The notes: generated from the letters alone by a model not told the origin. Shown: positions 13,077 through 28,020, counted from the stretch's first letter. The stretch is 64,000 nt of DNA from the human T2T-CHM13v2.0 reference genome, Homo sapiens (GCF_009914755.1 NC_060944.1), one strand, 5' to 3'. A program made the numbers and translations.

Positions 13077-13376
13077 GAGGCGCGAGCCGCTTCTCCCATC
13101 ACAGTGATTCCCACGGTTGTCTTAGAAACCAGTCCAGGAGGCTTGGCAAAGCAGGAGCCCTCCGTGGCAGTACTTGGGCGTCGGGACTCCGAGGCTCTGG
13201 CCTGACCTCTCCACGGGGTCGACAGGAACGTCTCTGGATGCCAAGAGTCACAAAGGGCCGACCAGGACGAAGAAACCCCCTGGCGGAGTCCGTGGGAAGC
13301 ACCGCGGCAGCCTAGCCTCAGGCCTGCCCAGACGGTGTTCAGGTGAGTCTCCCCAAAAGTCGTGCCCCCGTGATCT

Positions 13377-13958
13377 CTAGGACAGGCCTGCCTGTGTGCT
13401 CTTGGGCTGCTCTGTCACCCAAGGGTCGTTCTCATCGAGAGCAGAAGCCTCCAGCCTCAGGGGTGGCATTCGGTCTGAGGAGGGTGTGTTTCCATGCCAC
13501 TGCCATGTGACGGTGTGTGTGTGTGTGTGTGTATGTGTGTGTGTCTCCCATTCTCTCCTCTCTCGCTGTCTCTCACTCTGTTTCTTTCCCTCTCTCTGTC
13601 GGTTTGTGTGTGTGTGTGTGTGTTTGTGTGTGCATGCTCTGGTGTGTGTGTGTGTTTGGACGTATGTGCCTGTGAGCCAGAAAGTGATTTCTTGCATGTC
13701 GGCTGGTCTTTGGTGAGCCTCTTTCTGCATCTCTGCCTGGTTCATGTGGCCAGCTGTCAGTCATTTTCCTGGCCGTTCCACTTTGGGTTTGTGAAGGCCT
13801 CGATCACGTGAGGAGACGCGTCGGTCCCGGAGCAATTGAACTATCATCCCCATCCTGAGTGGCCTCTTTTCTAGGGTCAAGATGACCACACTCCACCCGA
13901 GGACAAAAGCCCCACAGGAGCTCACTGTCCTGCAGGAGAGGAGCAGACACACGTCCAA
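13377..13958 (-). pseudogene. Second FAM27D/E-like sequence (unit 2)
   Basis: 'LEKRPLRMGMIVQLLRDRRVSSR' and 'QAEMQKEAHQR...ALDENDPWVTEQPKSTQA'. Confidence 0.6.
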
Positions 13959-14061
13959 GAAGATGATTGCATCTTTTCATGGCTCTTCTCTGAGAAATGA
14001 AGCCACACCATGATACAGTCTTGAAGAGGAAGCCGGGAATGGGAGATGGCAACAATCCCTG

Positions 14062-15677
14062 TCACGGGAACGCTGGCCTCTCTGGACAAGTCACTGGTTA
14101 GGCCCCCCTCCCCTTGTGCCCATGGGGGTGGCAAAGTGCTGTATCCTACCTGAGCTCTGGCCCCTGCTCTGTCCTCCCTCTTGCTCTGTCTCCCCTGTTT
14201 CTGTGGTGCCTAGATGCATCTAGGTCTAGCTGAATGTCTTCAACAAAGATCACTTTCCAGTCCATCAGGGAGACACTTGATGGACATGCGCATCACTATT
14301 TTTTCTCTCTGCCAATCTGTTTCTGCTTAATTGGGCTGGTTGGATGACCCTGGAGAGATTGACTTCCATAGCTGTCTCAGATAGGCAAGCTACCTTGGTC
14401 TCCATGTTCCACCTCATCGGTTGGTGGATTGCCTAGAATGAGCGGTAGGCCACTGTGACCAGCCTAGTCTTCTAAGACAGGCAGTGTCACATTTCATCTG
14501 CACTTCCAGTCTCATTATTGAGAAACATTCTCTCCTCTGCTCCTGGGTGGACTGACTCCCTGAATCTTTTGGCCTCCTCCTGGATCCAGGTGTTCTTTGA
14601 TTTTCCTTGGCATTGATGGAAAGGTCACTTGTGCCCCCCTTCCACCTGGCACATGCCTGAACACCATCTTGTGTTTCACCATCACCCCATATGCCTTCAG
14701 TGACACACATTCACACCATCTGCTCTGGGATACGCCAGTGCCACGCATGTTGGAATTGACTCCACTTCGGAATCGCCCTTGTCCCTGTTTTCATGTGTCC
14801 TGAAAAGAGGTGTCAGCTTGCAAGGGCCCCAGAGCTTTTACAAGTGGGACAGGCGACTGCTCTTTCAAAGGAGGAGGGAGGCAGAGGGCTCATGGGTTAG
14901 TGATTTTTCTGCTGACACCACACCTTGAGGCCCATGTGATCATTGTGCCCTGCAAGGAGGCCCTTCTTTTCTCAGCAGATGTGGTGAGCCCATCCGTCTT
15001 CACCCGGAGGGGTCCAAAATCGGATCTTAAGAGGGGTCTTCAGATGCCAGCAGGTGCCCTGAAGCTCTCCCTCCACCGGTGGAAGTCAGCTTAAGGAAGT
15101 CTTTGAGACAGGACTCCTCGGGATTTGGCCCTGGGACCCCCGTGGCCCTCTCTCCCCTGCCGCCCCCTACTGGAACCTGCATCCCGCCATCGCCGCGGCT
15201 GCAGCAGGATTCCCCCTGCCACTGTGCAGTCGCCATTGTTTAAAGAGGCCACAGCCTGCCTTCCAGGAGCGCAACGCGAGTCGGCCCAGCAAATGCGTAT
15301 CCGCGAGGCTCTAGCTGATTCTCCCATCACATTGATTTCCATGGTTGTCTTAGAATCCAGTCCCTGAGGCTTGGCAAAGCAGGAGTTCTCTGTGGCCCTG
15401 CTTCGTTATTGGGGCCCTGAGCCTCCAGCCTGACTCGCAAGGGTTTTAATACCCTTCCCATCCTCAGCTGCCTCTTTGCTAGGATCAAGATGACCACAAC
15501 CCAGCCAAGGACAAAGGCCTCACAGGTGCTCATTGTCCACCCCCAGGAGGGTGCCCACAGACCTTCAAGAAGGCGGTTTTCACTCCTCTCGCACTTTGCC
15601 CTCATTCAGAAATCCAGGAAGAGTTCGACACAGCGACGGAGAAGGAAGCCGGCAACGGGATGCGGCAATCATTTCTG
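14062..15677. repeat. SST1-type unit 3 (~1.6 kb, internally deleted)
   Basis: Colinear with unit 2, but ~630 bp including the (TG)n tract is missing at ~15450. Confidence 0.85.
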
Positions 15678-18400
15678 TCACCCAAAAGCTGGCCTTCCTG
15701 GCCAAGTCACCCGCTTGACACTTTTTCCCAGTTGCTCGTGATGGTGGCATTGTGCCGTATCCTGCCTGGGTGCTGGCCTCTACTCTGTCCTCCCTCTTGC
15801 TCTGTCTGCTCAGGTTCCAGGAATCCTAGAGGCTTCTTAGTCTGGCTCAACGTCTTCAACAAAGAACACTTCGCAGTCCATCAGGGAGAAATATCTTTGG
15901 GGTCCGTTTCATGATTGCTTCCCTCTCCAAACCTATTTCTGGATGATAGGGCAGGTGTGATGATCCTGGAGCTCTGGGCTTCCATACCTGTCTTGGATAG
16001 TGAAGCTCCCTTGCTCTCCATGTCCAAAGTGATGGCTGCATAGTCGGTCCAGGAAGAGCGGGAGGCGACCCGACAGTGGCTGACCTTTGTTTTCTAGGAA
16101 AGGCGATGTTGCATCCCACCTGTATTTCCTCTCTCATTCCTGAGGGCCATCCTGTTGCTCTGCTCCTGGGGAGAGTGCCTTCAAGCACTGAATCTTTTGG
16201 CTGCCACGGATGTCAGGGAGCCGAGGGGACTGGGTTTTGCTGGGTGCAGGGGAGTTGGCATCAGAGGTACCTACCTGCTGGCAGGATTGGGGTGGGATGT
16301 ACTTTGTCGAAACCTCTGGGCTCCTCTGGCAACCATCCCTGAATGTGGCTTGGACTCGGGCACAGGCCCTGTCTCGCAGGTTTTTAGGTGTGCTTGGCTT
16401 TTCATCAGCTTTGTGTGGGAGGTCCCAGTGGCCCACGGACGCACACCTGGACGTCACTGTCTGTCTCGGCGTCGCCCCATATGGCCTCAGAGACACACGC
16501 TCATTCCATCTGCTCTTGGGTGACATCAGTGTCATGTGTGGTCACATTGGCTCCATCTCGGACTCGCCTCTGTCTCTCTTTGCATATGTCGCAGAAAGCA
16601 GTTTCGGGATGCCAGAGCCCTGGGCCTTGGAGATAAAGACAGGCCACTGCTCCACCTAGGAAGGAGGCAGGCAGCGGGCTCATGGGTCAGTGCATTTTCA
16701 GCCTACAGTATGCCTTACGGCCCTTGAGATCTTTCTGTGCCCCAGCGAGAACCTTCCCGCCTCACTACATTGTAACCCCATTCCTGATCACCGGTTCGGA
16801 TCCATAATCAGATTCGAGGAGGAGTCCGGAGAGCCCAGCGGCACCCTGAAGCTCCTCCTCCACCAGGAACTGAAGCAGAAGATGGATCAAGAAGGTCCTG
16901 ACGACAGGACCCCTATGGGTCCAACCCTGGGTCTCCTGCAGGCCCCCTCCTAGTACCCTTCCCACTTGCCGCCTCGGACTGTACCGCCACCCCAGTCGCC
17001 GCAGTCAGCTGTGTTGCAGCCATTTTTTAAAGGGTCCGCAGCCTGACTCTCCGGAGCAAGGGCGGAGTCGGCCTCTCCAGTGAGCATGCTCGACGACTGA
17101 GCCACCACTTTGGTAACAGTGTCCGCCACTGTTGCCCAGAAATAGGTCCCTGAGACTTGGCAAAGTAGGAGCCATGTGTGATAGTGCGTCAGAGTCGAGG
17201 CTGAGAGCAGTCCTGGCCAGGGTGTTAACAGGATGGTCTCCGGAGACCGGTATTTTCGGAGGGTGGACAACCAGGAAGAAACCTCAGGAGCAAGAAACCT
17301 CAGGCAGATCGCAAGGGAGGCAGCGCGAGATGCCAGCCTCAAGCCAGGATTTGCGGAGGGTCGATGAGGCCCCTCTCCCAATCTTCACTTCACCAGCCAC
17401 CACCCCAGTCCCTGCAGCCGCCGCTCTGCCGTCATTTATTTTATTATTATTTTTTAATAGTCGGAGTCTCACTCTGTCACCCAGTCTGGAGTGCAGTGGT
17501 GGGATCTCAGCTCACTGCAAACTCTGCCGCCTGGGTTCAAATGATTCTCTTGCCTCGGCCTCGCGAGTACCTGGGATTAGAGGGATTAATCAGAGTCGAG
17601 GCTAAAACCAGTCCTGGCCAGGGCATCAACAGGATGGTCTCTGGAGGCCGGAATTCACGGAGGGTCATCCCAGAGGAAGAAACCGCGGGCAGAGGGCCGA
17701 AGAAGCAGGGCGGGGTCCCAGCCTCAGGCCTGCATGGACCGTGTGCCAGTGAGTCTTTTCAAAAAAGGAGAGTTTTGCTTGTGTGTCCATGAGCTGCTCT
17801 CTCACTGATGGGTCGTAGTTGCGGAGAGCAGAACACGGCAGCTTCAGGGGCTGCCTGGGGGTGAGTGTTACCGTGCCACTGCCCTATGTCTTTTTGCGTT
17901 TGTGTGTGTGCGTAAGTCTCTCTCTTATTTCTCTCTCTCCTTTCTCGGTCTTTCGCTCTGTGACCGTCTGTGTGTGCGTGTGTGTGTTGGGACACATGTG
18001 CCCTGTGTGCCAGAGGGCGGTATCTTGTACGTCAGCCTTTCTTCTGGTCACCCTCTCCCCGCGTCTCTCCCTGGGTCTTGTGGCCGGTTGTCAGTCGTTT
18101 TTCCGGTGGTTCCAGTTTGAGTTTGTGAAGGTCTGGATGAGATGGGGAGCTGCGTCTATCTCATAAGGATTTAAATCACCTCCCCACCCTGAGAGACCTG
18201 TTTTCTAGGATTAAGGCCTCCACCCCCGAGCCAAGGATAAAAGCCTCACCGGAGAGCTCATTGTCTACCTGCAGGAGCTGTGTAGAGCGACATCAGAAAA
18301 GATTGTTCTCATTTGTCTCTCTCTTTCATCTCCTTAAGAAATCTAGCCACAGGGTAACACAGGTTTTGAGAGGATCAGAACAGGACGTGGCAAGGATCTG
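15678..18400. repeat. SST1-type unit 4 (diverged, with internal duplication and Alu fragment)
   Basis: Colinear with the other units; similarity fades near 18400. Confidence 0.8.
17436..17582 (-). mobile_element. Alu right-arm fragment inside SST1 unit 4
   Basis: (TTA)n tail followed by 'ggagtctcactctgtcacccagtctggagtgcagtgg...ctgggatta'. Confidence 0.85.
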
Positions 18401-18939
18401 TGAGTGTGCAGGCTGTGTTTCACATATCATTAAACATAGTCCAGTGAGGGTTCTGCAGATAGCTGGCATTTAGGTTTGTTTTATTGAATCAAGGAAAAGA
18501 AAAAATGCCGAGTAAAAATGACACAACTTGCCTACCAGCCCATCTGAGTGTTACAAATTTAATAGTAATTTTAATTTATCTTCTCATGTAAAGGTCCTTG
18601 GCAGTGATACCTAATTTCCTAAGATAGCCTTGCTTTATATTGTTTGATTAAGATGTCATGCATATCAGAGAATCTGAAAATTCTTCCCAATGCCGTCGAC
18701 ATACGTGATTAATCACATTACCAAAATAACATACCAAAACAAACAACAGAAAATTATTTGTTACTTAGTTCCTTCAAATTTGTTTATCTAATTGGTGGTT
18801 CCTTCATGCACAAAACGTTTCATGTGTGTCTGGCACTCTTCTGGTCACAAATTTCATCTTAAGTAACCTAAGTATTGAAATGCTTGTGCTCTTTGATTGA
18901 TTTTTCCTACATAAATACTTTGATAAAAAGCTACATTGA

Positions 18940-19808
<869 letters not shown>

Positions 19809-20130
19809 GTATGTAAGTCACTAATATATCAAAGAAAACAACCATTCATGTATTGTAAATAAATACTCAACCAAGACAAAAAGACATGTCACATGTTATG
19901 GGAAAAGACTGTAATGATGGTGAGAGAAAAACTGTGACCCTTGAATATAAGACAGAAAAAAATCAGGGCACGATGTTAAGGAATTGGAAATAATTCTCTA
20001 TATTAAAGGAATACAAGAAACAGAAAGAGAGGAGAGAGAGACACGATAGTCACACACTGCAGGGGTTTGGGGTAGATGGGAATCAAGGAGGCAGAGAGAG
20101 CAGTGGGAATGTACATAAAATCACCCTCCA

Positions 20131-20250
20131 GAGCTGTGCTGTCCAACAAGGCTGCTGAACACTTGAAAGATGGCTAGTCCAACCTGAGAAATGCTGTAAG
20201 TGGAAAACACATTTAAAAAAATTTCTGAATACTCAGTATAAAAGAAAGAA
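20131..20250. mobile_element. MER33/MER3-like hAT DNA transposon fragment
   Basis: 'gctgtccaa...cacttgaaagatggctagtccaacctgaga.atgctgtaagtg'. Confidence 0.55.
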
Positions 20251-20252
20251 TG

Positions 20253-21001
<749 letters not shown>

Positions 21002-21059
21002 TCAGTAAGCACCACCCACCAGGTTTATCTTTATGCAAAGTGCCCCCTCTGCACATGCA

Positions 21060-21370
21060 GGATTAAATGAACCTTGAAAATATTATGCTAAGTGGAAGAA
21101 GCCAGTCATGAAATATCACGTTATGTAATTCCATTTAAATAAAATGTCCAAAATACATGAATGCATAGAGACAGAAAGTAGATTAGTGGTGGCTCAAGGT
21201 TAGGGGAGTTGGGGGAAATGGAGGGATATGGGGTTTACTTTGGGGTAATGAAAATGATCTAAAATTTATTGTGATGATGTTTGCACAACTGTGCAAATAT
21301 ACTGAAATCATTGAATTTTACACTTTAAATGGGTGGCTTCTGTGATATGTTAATATTTCTTAATAAAACT
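21060..21370 (+). mobile_element. Old L1M (L1MB/ME-like) 3' end
   Basis: 'aaccttgaaaatattatgctaagtg.aagaagccagtca...agagacagaaagtagattagtggt'; paralogue at ~48650-48970. Confidence 0.75.
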
Positions 21371-21464
21371 TCAGAGAAAAAGAGTACCTGTGTGCCTCCA
21401 GAGTCCACATTTTTACACTTGATGATGAAATCAAGATATTGTTTCTTCTTCTTCTTTATTTTTA

Positions 21465-22081
21465 TTTTATTTATTTTATGTTTTGAGACAGTCTCCTTCT
21501 GTTGCCCAGGCTGGAGTGCAGTGGCACGATTTCAGCTCACTGCAACCTCCCAGCTAATTTTTGTATTCCCAGTAGGGATTGTGGTTCACCGTGTTGGCTA
21601 GGCTGGTCTCGAACTTCTGACCTCAAATGAGTCCACCATCTTGGCCTCCCAAAGTGCTGGGATTGCAGGCATGAGCCACCACGCCTGGCTCAAGACTTAG
21701 TTCCCATTGTTTCAGATGCCCTAGGACCATTTTATTCTACTTTAATTTCTGATGCATCGTCTCAGTGGAAATTTTACATTACTTCCCAAAGTATTTTACT
21801 CTTTTTAAGATCTTATCAGCTGAGTGCAGTGGCTCACACCTCTAACTGCAACACTTTGGGAGGCCAAGGTTGGAGGATCAGTTGAGCCCAGGAATTCAAG
21901 TCCAATCTCTGCAACATAGTGAGAAGCCCATCTCTACAAAAAAAAAAAAAAAATGTTTAATTAGGTGGGTATATTGTTGCATGCCTGTGGTCTCAGCCAG
22001 TAGGTAGGCTGAGGTGGGAGGATCACTGGAGCCCAGGAGGTTGAGGCTGCAGTGGCCATGATTATACCACTGCATTCCAGC
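21465..22081. mobile_element. Internally deleted Alu (-, 21465-21689) and AluJ-like copy (+, 21818-22081)
   Basis: Alu consensus. Confidence 0.85.
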
Positions 22082-24029
22082 AAAAATATTTTTAATTACA
22101 TTTTTTAAGAAAACAAAATATACACTTACTGACTTGATACAAATGAATGACTTTTATAATCTACAGAAACCAAAAAAATAACAATAATAAAAACCCACAG
22201 CCATTCTTCTTATGTGAGACTCTGGTGTCTCTGAGTTGTAAGAATTGTGAATTATGATTAATAACAAATATGCATGACAAGGACCCAATAAGAGATAGGC
22301 ATTGATAAATTGCAAATCACACTTACTGGAGTAAGGTCTTTAAAGTTGTACAAGAAAAAGAAAGAAAAAGAAAAGGCATTGAAAAACTGCATTGGCTACC
22401 AAAATGCTAAAGTTTACCTAAGTCCATTAATCAGCACACACACACACACACGCAATGGATGTGTAAAATGGTCAACATGGTATTCCATGAACGTATCCTC
22501 TTATAAATAGGTCTGTGGGGGTAAGAGATGAGGTTCTATAGATCCTGGAATCAGGGATGGGGAATCTGTGGGGTCCCTGGGGTGAGAGATGAGGGTCTGT
22601 AGATTAGTGATGGGTGGTCTTTTGGATAGTGATGAGATCCATGGAATCAATTCTTGTGGGTATGTAGGGTCAGTGATGAGGGAATCTGGTGTCAGTGGCG
22701 GGATGTGTGTGGAATCAGTGAGAGAGTGTGGAATCAATCTGTGAAGGCCAGATTTGTGGTGTCATCTCTCAGGCTGACACATCCTGACCTGTGTGACAAT
22801 GGTGGAAATTCTATGGGGTCAGAGTGTGACAGTCAGTTCCTTGCCACTGGGTGTTCTGGGTCCGGCCAAGGGCACAGATTCCCTTACCTGATCCTGGCTG
22901 GAGAGGCCCTTCTCACGGACTCCTCATGTGAAAGATGGGTTGTCGGCGGTTTTGGTTTTTGTTTTGTGGTGGGGGTGGGTGGGTTGGCTTTTCCTTTTGG
23001 GTTTGGTTTTGCCTCTTAGAGACCACAGACACATCCAGCTTTTAGGAAGACATTTTTGTCTGGGCGATCGCTAGTTCCTTTGGGCCAAGCCATCTAATGG
23101 GAATGAAGCTGACCATTCCCTCAGCGCAATTCAGATCTAGATGGTCGCTTTAAGGGGTCCACTCGGGGGCATGCAAGTGGGTTGTGGCTTTGAGTGGCAG
23201 GTGGGAGGGAAGAAACAACTAAGAAAGACACACGAGAGGTCCTCAGGCTTGATCAATCACAGCTAGAAGAACAGCTTCCTTAACCCATCAGGCGCCAATG
23301 GGAGGTGCCTCTGGGCTGCAAGAGGCTGGCAGAGGGGGACTTCCAGACCCAGAAAGTCTGGGCACAGAAGCCTATTACTGCCAGACGCTGAGGAGTTGCC
23401 GTGGGAACCAAGGGCCTTTCGGGCCAGATCAGAGCCTTTCTCAGACAATTCTTTGGGTAACTGGCAAGCTCCTGTCCAGCGCACACCCCTATGAATGCTT
23501 AGTGTGCCATCTCGGGCAAGTCTTCTTTGGTCTGAGAGCCACTTGTTTCTTAAATCCCTGCGCTAATCTCGCCGTCTGCTCCTATGTAGCCCAGGCATTT
23601 GCCGCATGCTGGTCCTTTCTTTCCTGACAGGCGGGCAGTCTCCCTCCAGCTTCTGGGAGGACAGTTCAAATTATGGAGGAGGGGGTGCGTGTAGGGCAGC
23701 AGTGCCCAGGGGAGTATGGGGGAGTTGGGGGAGCAGAGGCTCATTTTTCTTTATAGCTCAGATTCCCAAGCCTGTGACTTTGAGAATCTTTGTCTTCCTT
23801 GCAACATTTCAATCTGAGGCTCTTGTGGAGAGGGCAGAGTTGGAGCCAGATGGAAGAGTGGTGGGAGAGGAGTGGGTGGAGGGAACATGGAGAATGTTTC
23901 AGGTGGTGTCTTTATTTCTGGCACCTTACTTTGCCTACTGGAGTTTCCCAGTCTGTTCCAGACGCACTCTCTAGACCCTGAGAGGGCCTGAGGAGGCATG
24001 TTAGTTGCCAGTGTGGTGGAGATGGAGTG

Positions 24030-24681
24030 CCGGGAGGTGGAGGTTGCAGTGAGCCAAGATCACGCCACTGCACTCCAGGCTGGGTGACACAGCGAGTCTC
24101 TGTCTCAATAAATAAATAAATAAACAAACAAATGGAAGGGAAGAAACACAATATAAAAACCAAGTGATTCTAAAAGTAACAATATATCATAATGCCTAAA
24201 TATGTGTAATTGGTGGGGCATGGTGGCTCCGATTATCATAATGCCTAAATTTGTGGGATTGGTGGGGTGTGATGGCTCCCACCTGTAATCCTAGCACTTT
24301 GAGAGGCTGGTGGATCACCTGAAGTCAGGAGTTTGAGACCAGCCTGACCAACATTGTGAAACCCTGTCCCTACTAAAAATAGAAAAAAATTAGCCAGGTG
24401 TTGTGGCGGACACCTGAAGTCCGAGCTACTAGGGAGGCTGAGGCAGGAGAATCACTTGAACCCAGGAGCAGAGGTTGTAGTGAGCCGAGATTGCCCCATT
24501 GCACTCCACCCTGGGTGACAGTGTGAGACTCCCTCAAAAAAAAAAGTTTGTGGGACCAATTCCAATCGAGTCCAGGGGTCTCAGTTGGCCAAGGCAGTCT
24601 CAAACTTCTGACCCCAAGTGATCTTCCTGTTTCGGCCTCCCAAAGTGCTGGGATTATAGGCGTGAGCCACCATGCCCAGCC
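24030..24681. mobile_element. Alus rearranged by a micro-inversion
   Basis: Alu right-arm piece (+) 24030-24125, Alu (+) ~24260-24545, Alu left-arm piece (-) 24585-24681. Confidence 0.85.
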
Positions 24682-24984
24682 TCCCCTCCTTTTCACTCAG
24701 GGATTTTAAATGTTTTATTTGCTCCATCTGTTATGTATGATTGCCTTGACGATTTCAGCTTGAATTAAAATTACATATTTTTGCCTGTGTTTATTAATAT
24801 TTAAACATATTAAAATAATACATGTTCATAATGAAAATGAAACATTACAAATAAATACACAGGAAAGGCAGTATTCCCCTTCCAGCTCCACTCTTGAAAT
24901 AACCAGTTAACCAGATGATGAACATCTTTCCATGATGTTCTCCAAGATTCATATAATTATTTGCAATCATACAATGGCATATAC

Positions 24985-25392
24985 AGCTCAGGTGTGGTGG
25001 CTCACGCATGTAATTCCAGCACTTTGGGAGACTGAACCGGGTGGATCATTTGAGGTCAGGAGTTCAAGACTACCCTGGCCAACATAGTGAAACCCCATCA
25101 CTACAAAAAACACAAAAATTATCTGGGCGTGGTGGACGCTTGTATTCCAAGCTACTTGGGAGGTGGAGGCATGAGAATCACTTGAACCTGGGAGATGAAA
25201 GTTACAGGGAGCCGAAATTGCATTACTTCACTCCCACCTGGGCGACAGAGTGAGATTCCATCTCAATAAATAAATAAATAAATAAAGATAAAGAAAGAAA
25301 GAAAAAAAGAAAGATGAAAGAAACAAAGAAAAAAGGAAGAAAGAGAGAAAAAGACAGAGAAAGGAAGCACGAAAGCAAACAAGCAAGCAACC

Positions 25393-25428
<36 letters not shown>

Positions 25429-25450
25429 AAAAAATAGAAAGAAAAAGAAA
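24985..25450 (+). mobile_element. Alu with GA-rich (GAAA)n tail
   Basis: Alu consensus followed by a purine-rich tract. Confidence 0.88.
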
Positions 25451-25451
25451 T

Positions 25452-25729
25452 CATGTGCTCAGGTTGCTAGGATCGATGGTAGGAACAAATCCTCTAGCGG
25501 TGAAAATGTAAGAATGAAAAAGAAATTTCTGTTAGTCTTGTTTGTTGTACCCCAAGCTCTAAAAATACAGCCATATGTGTGAAAAGATGAAAAAGGCATT
25601 AAATTTGTGAATGGAAATCATAAACAGAAATGTGTTCTGATTGACAGCAATTGGGTCAATGCTATCCAAGGTGCAGGCATCCACTGCGGGTCTTAGAACA
25701 CATCTCCTGCAGATAAGGGAGGGCTACTA
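25452..25729 (+). mobile_element. MER44/Tigger7-like DNA transposon fragment
   Basis: 'aaaaggcattaaatttgtg..tggaa...gattgacagcaat' and terminus 'ggcatccactg.gggtcttagaacacatctcctgcagataaggga.ggctacta'; paralogue 53108-53400. Confidence 0.7.
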
Positions 25730-26090
25730 TATAACGTTTCTTTTTTTTTTTCTTTAATTATAAAACATTCTCCTTTTTTATATAACAATTTGCCATTGAT
25801 ATCACTTTAGGTATAAAGATATTAGGATATCTTTATAGTAGATAAAAAGCTAACTCATTATTTGTAAGAGTTAAAGTATCTTCCACTATATGAGCATTTA
25901 AAATGCTAAAGTACTTTTGCCACCAAAAATAGTGCTTCTGTAAATATTCTTTTACTTGTACCTTTATTAATTTTTACTTCTGCTGAAACAAATTGCATGA
26001 GGAAACAAATGTATGTGTATAAAATGTAATATATGTATGTATATTTAATATGTGTATATACAACTTAATATATACACATACATACAATAA

Positions 26091-26731
<641 letters not shown>

Positions 26732-26844
26732 AAATATAATGTTTACGCTCTACACACTTGATTTCTTTCCAAAGGGTTATATAACACTGTAATTTCACCA
26801 GCAATATATGCGACTACTCATTTCCTACATACTCACTATCACTT

Positions 26845-27390
26845 GTGTGCAGTCGAGGAAAGTTAGTAGGCCTGAATTGCCCAAACCTGGCATACTCCAA
26901 AGAATGGTGTGACTCTAGCCCAGCTCCTGGGAAATAACCTCTAGGTCCTTGGAATCTCCTGCCTATCTGGGAGTTAACAATGTGATTTATTGTGGGGACC
27001 TTGGACCATGCAGTGTCAGCTTGACCTTGGGAAGGGTGGAGACAGAGAAACCAAGGTCATCCAAATGGGTGCTCTTGTCCATGTGACCAACCTCCAGTAA
27101 AACCCTCAACCCCAAGGCTCAGGTAAGCTTCTTGTTGGGGAGTATTTTCTGTACTTTCTGCCACATATCGCTGGGTGAATTAAGCACTGTTCACATGATG
27201 CCACTGGGAGAGGACAACTGGAAGCTTGTGCTTGGTTTCTCCTGGACTCTGCCCTATGCACCCTTTTCTGCTGCTGATTTTAATCTGTATCCTTTTGTTG
27301 TAATAAACTATAACTGTGAGTATAACAGCTTGACTCAGTTTTGTGAGTCCTTCTAATCAATCACTGAACTTTTGGGACCCCAAAACACAA
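26845..27390 (+). mobile_element. MER21C-like solo LTR
   Basis: 'ctgggagaggacaactggaagcttg...gctgattttaatctgtatcctttt..tgtaataaac...gtgagtccttct'; paralogue 54505-55045. Confidence 0.7.
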
Positions 27391-27603
27391 TGTTGTTTCT
27401 TAATTGAATTTTCCATGTTATGTAAGAAACCTATGTGCATAATTGAAAATCCCACACTAAGAAAGAGCTTTCCATGCAGTCTACTCCCCAACCTGTTTCT
27501 CCAATACTCCCAAGTCTACTTTCTGAATAATCAAATATTTAAATTTTCTAAACTATTTATAATCCATATATCTGAGTGCTTATCTCTGTTATATAATAGA
27601 TAG

Positions 27604-27922
<319 letters not shown>

Positions 27923-28020
27923 CCTCTTTCTTAATATATCAACTTGATATATTACCTGATGGCTTCGTGTTCTGATAGCTGATGACTTGGCTGACACTCA
28001 CCCCTTACCACAGTGCCTGA

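Larger units (their letters stand above)
11844..14061. repeat. SST1-type unit 2 (~2.2 kb)
   Basis: Colinear with unit 1 but lacks the (GGGCTG)n segment. Confidence 0.88.

Noticed and set aside
9879-18166. Long (140-200 aa) ORFs in SST1 units as real CDS
   Set aside because: GC-rich or microsatellite-derived (HT/CV repeats); reading frames are not conserved between units
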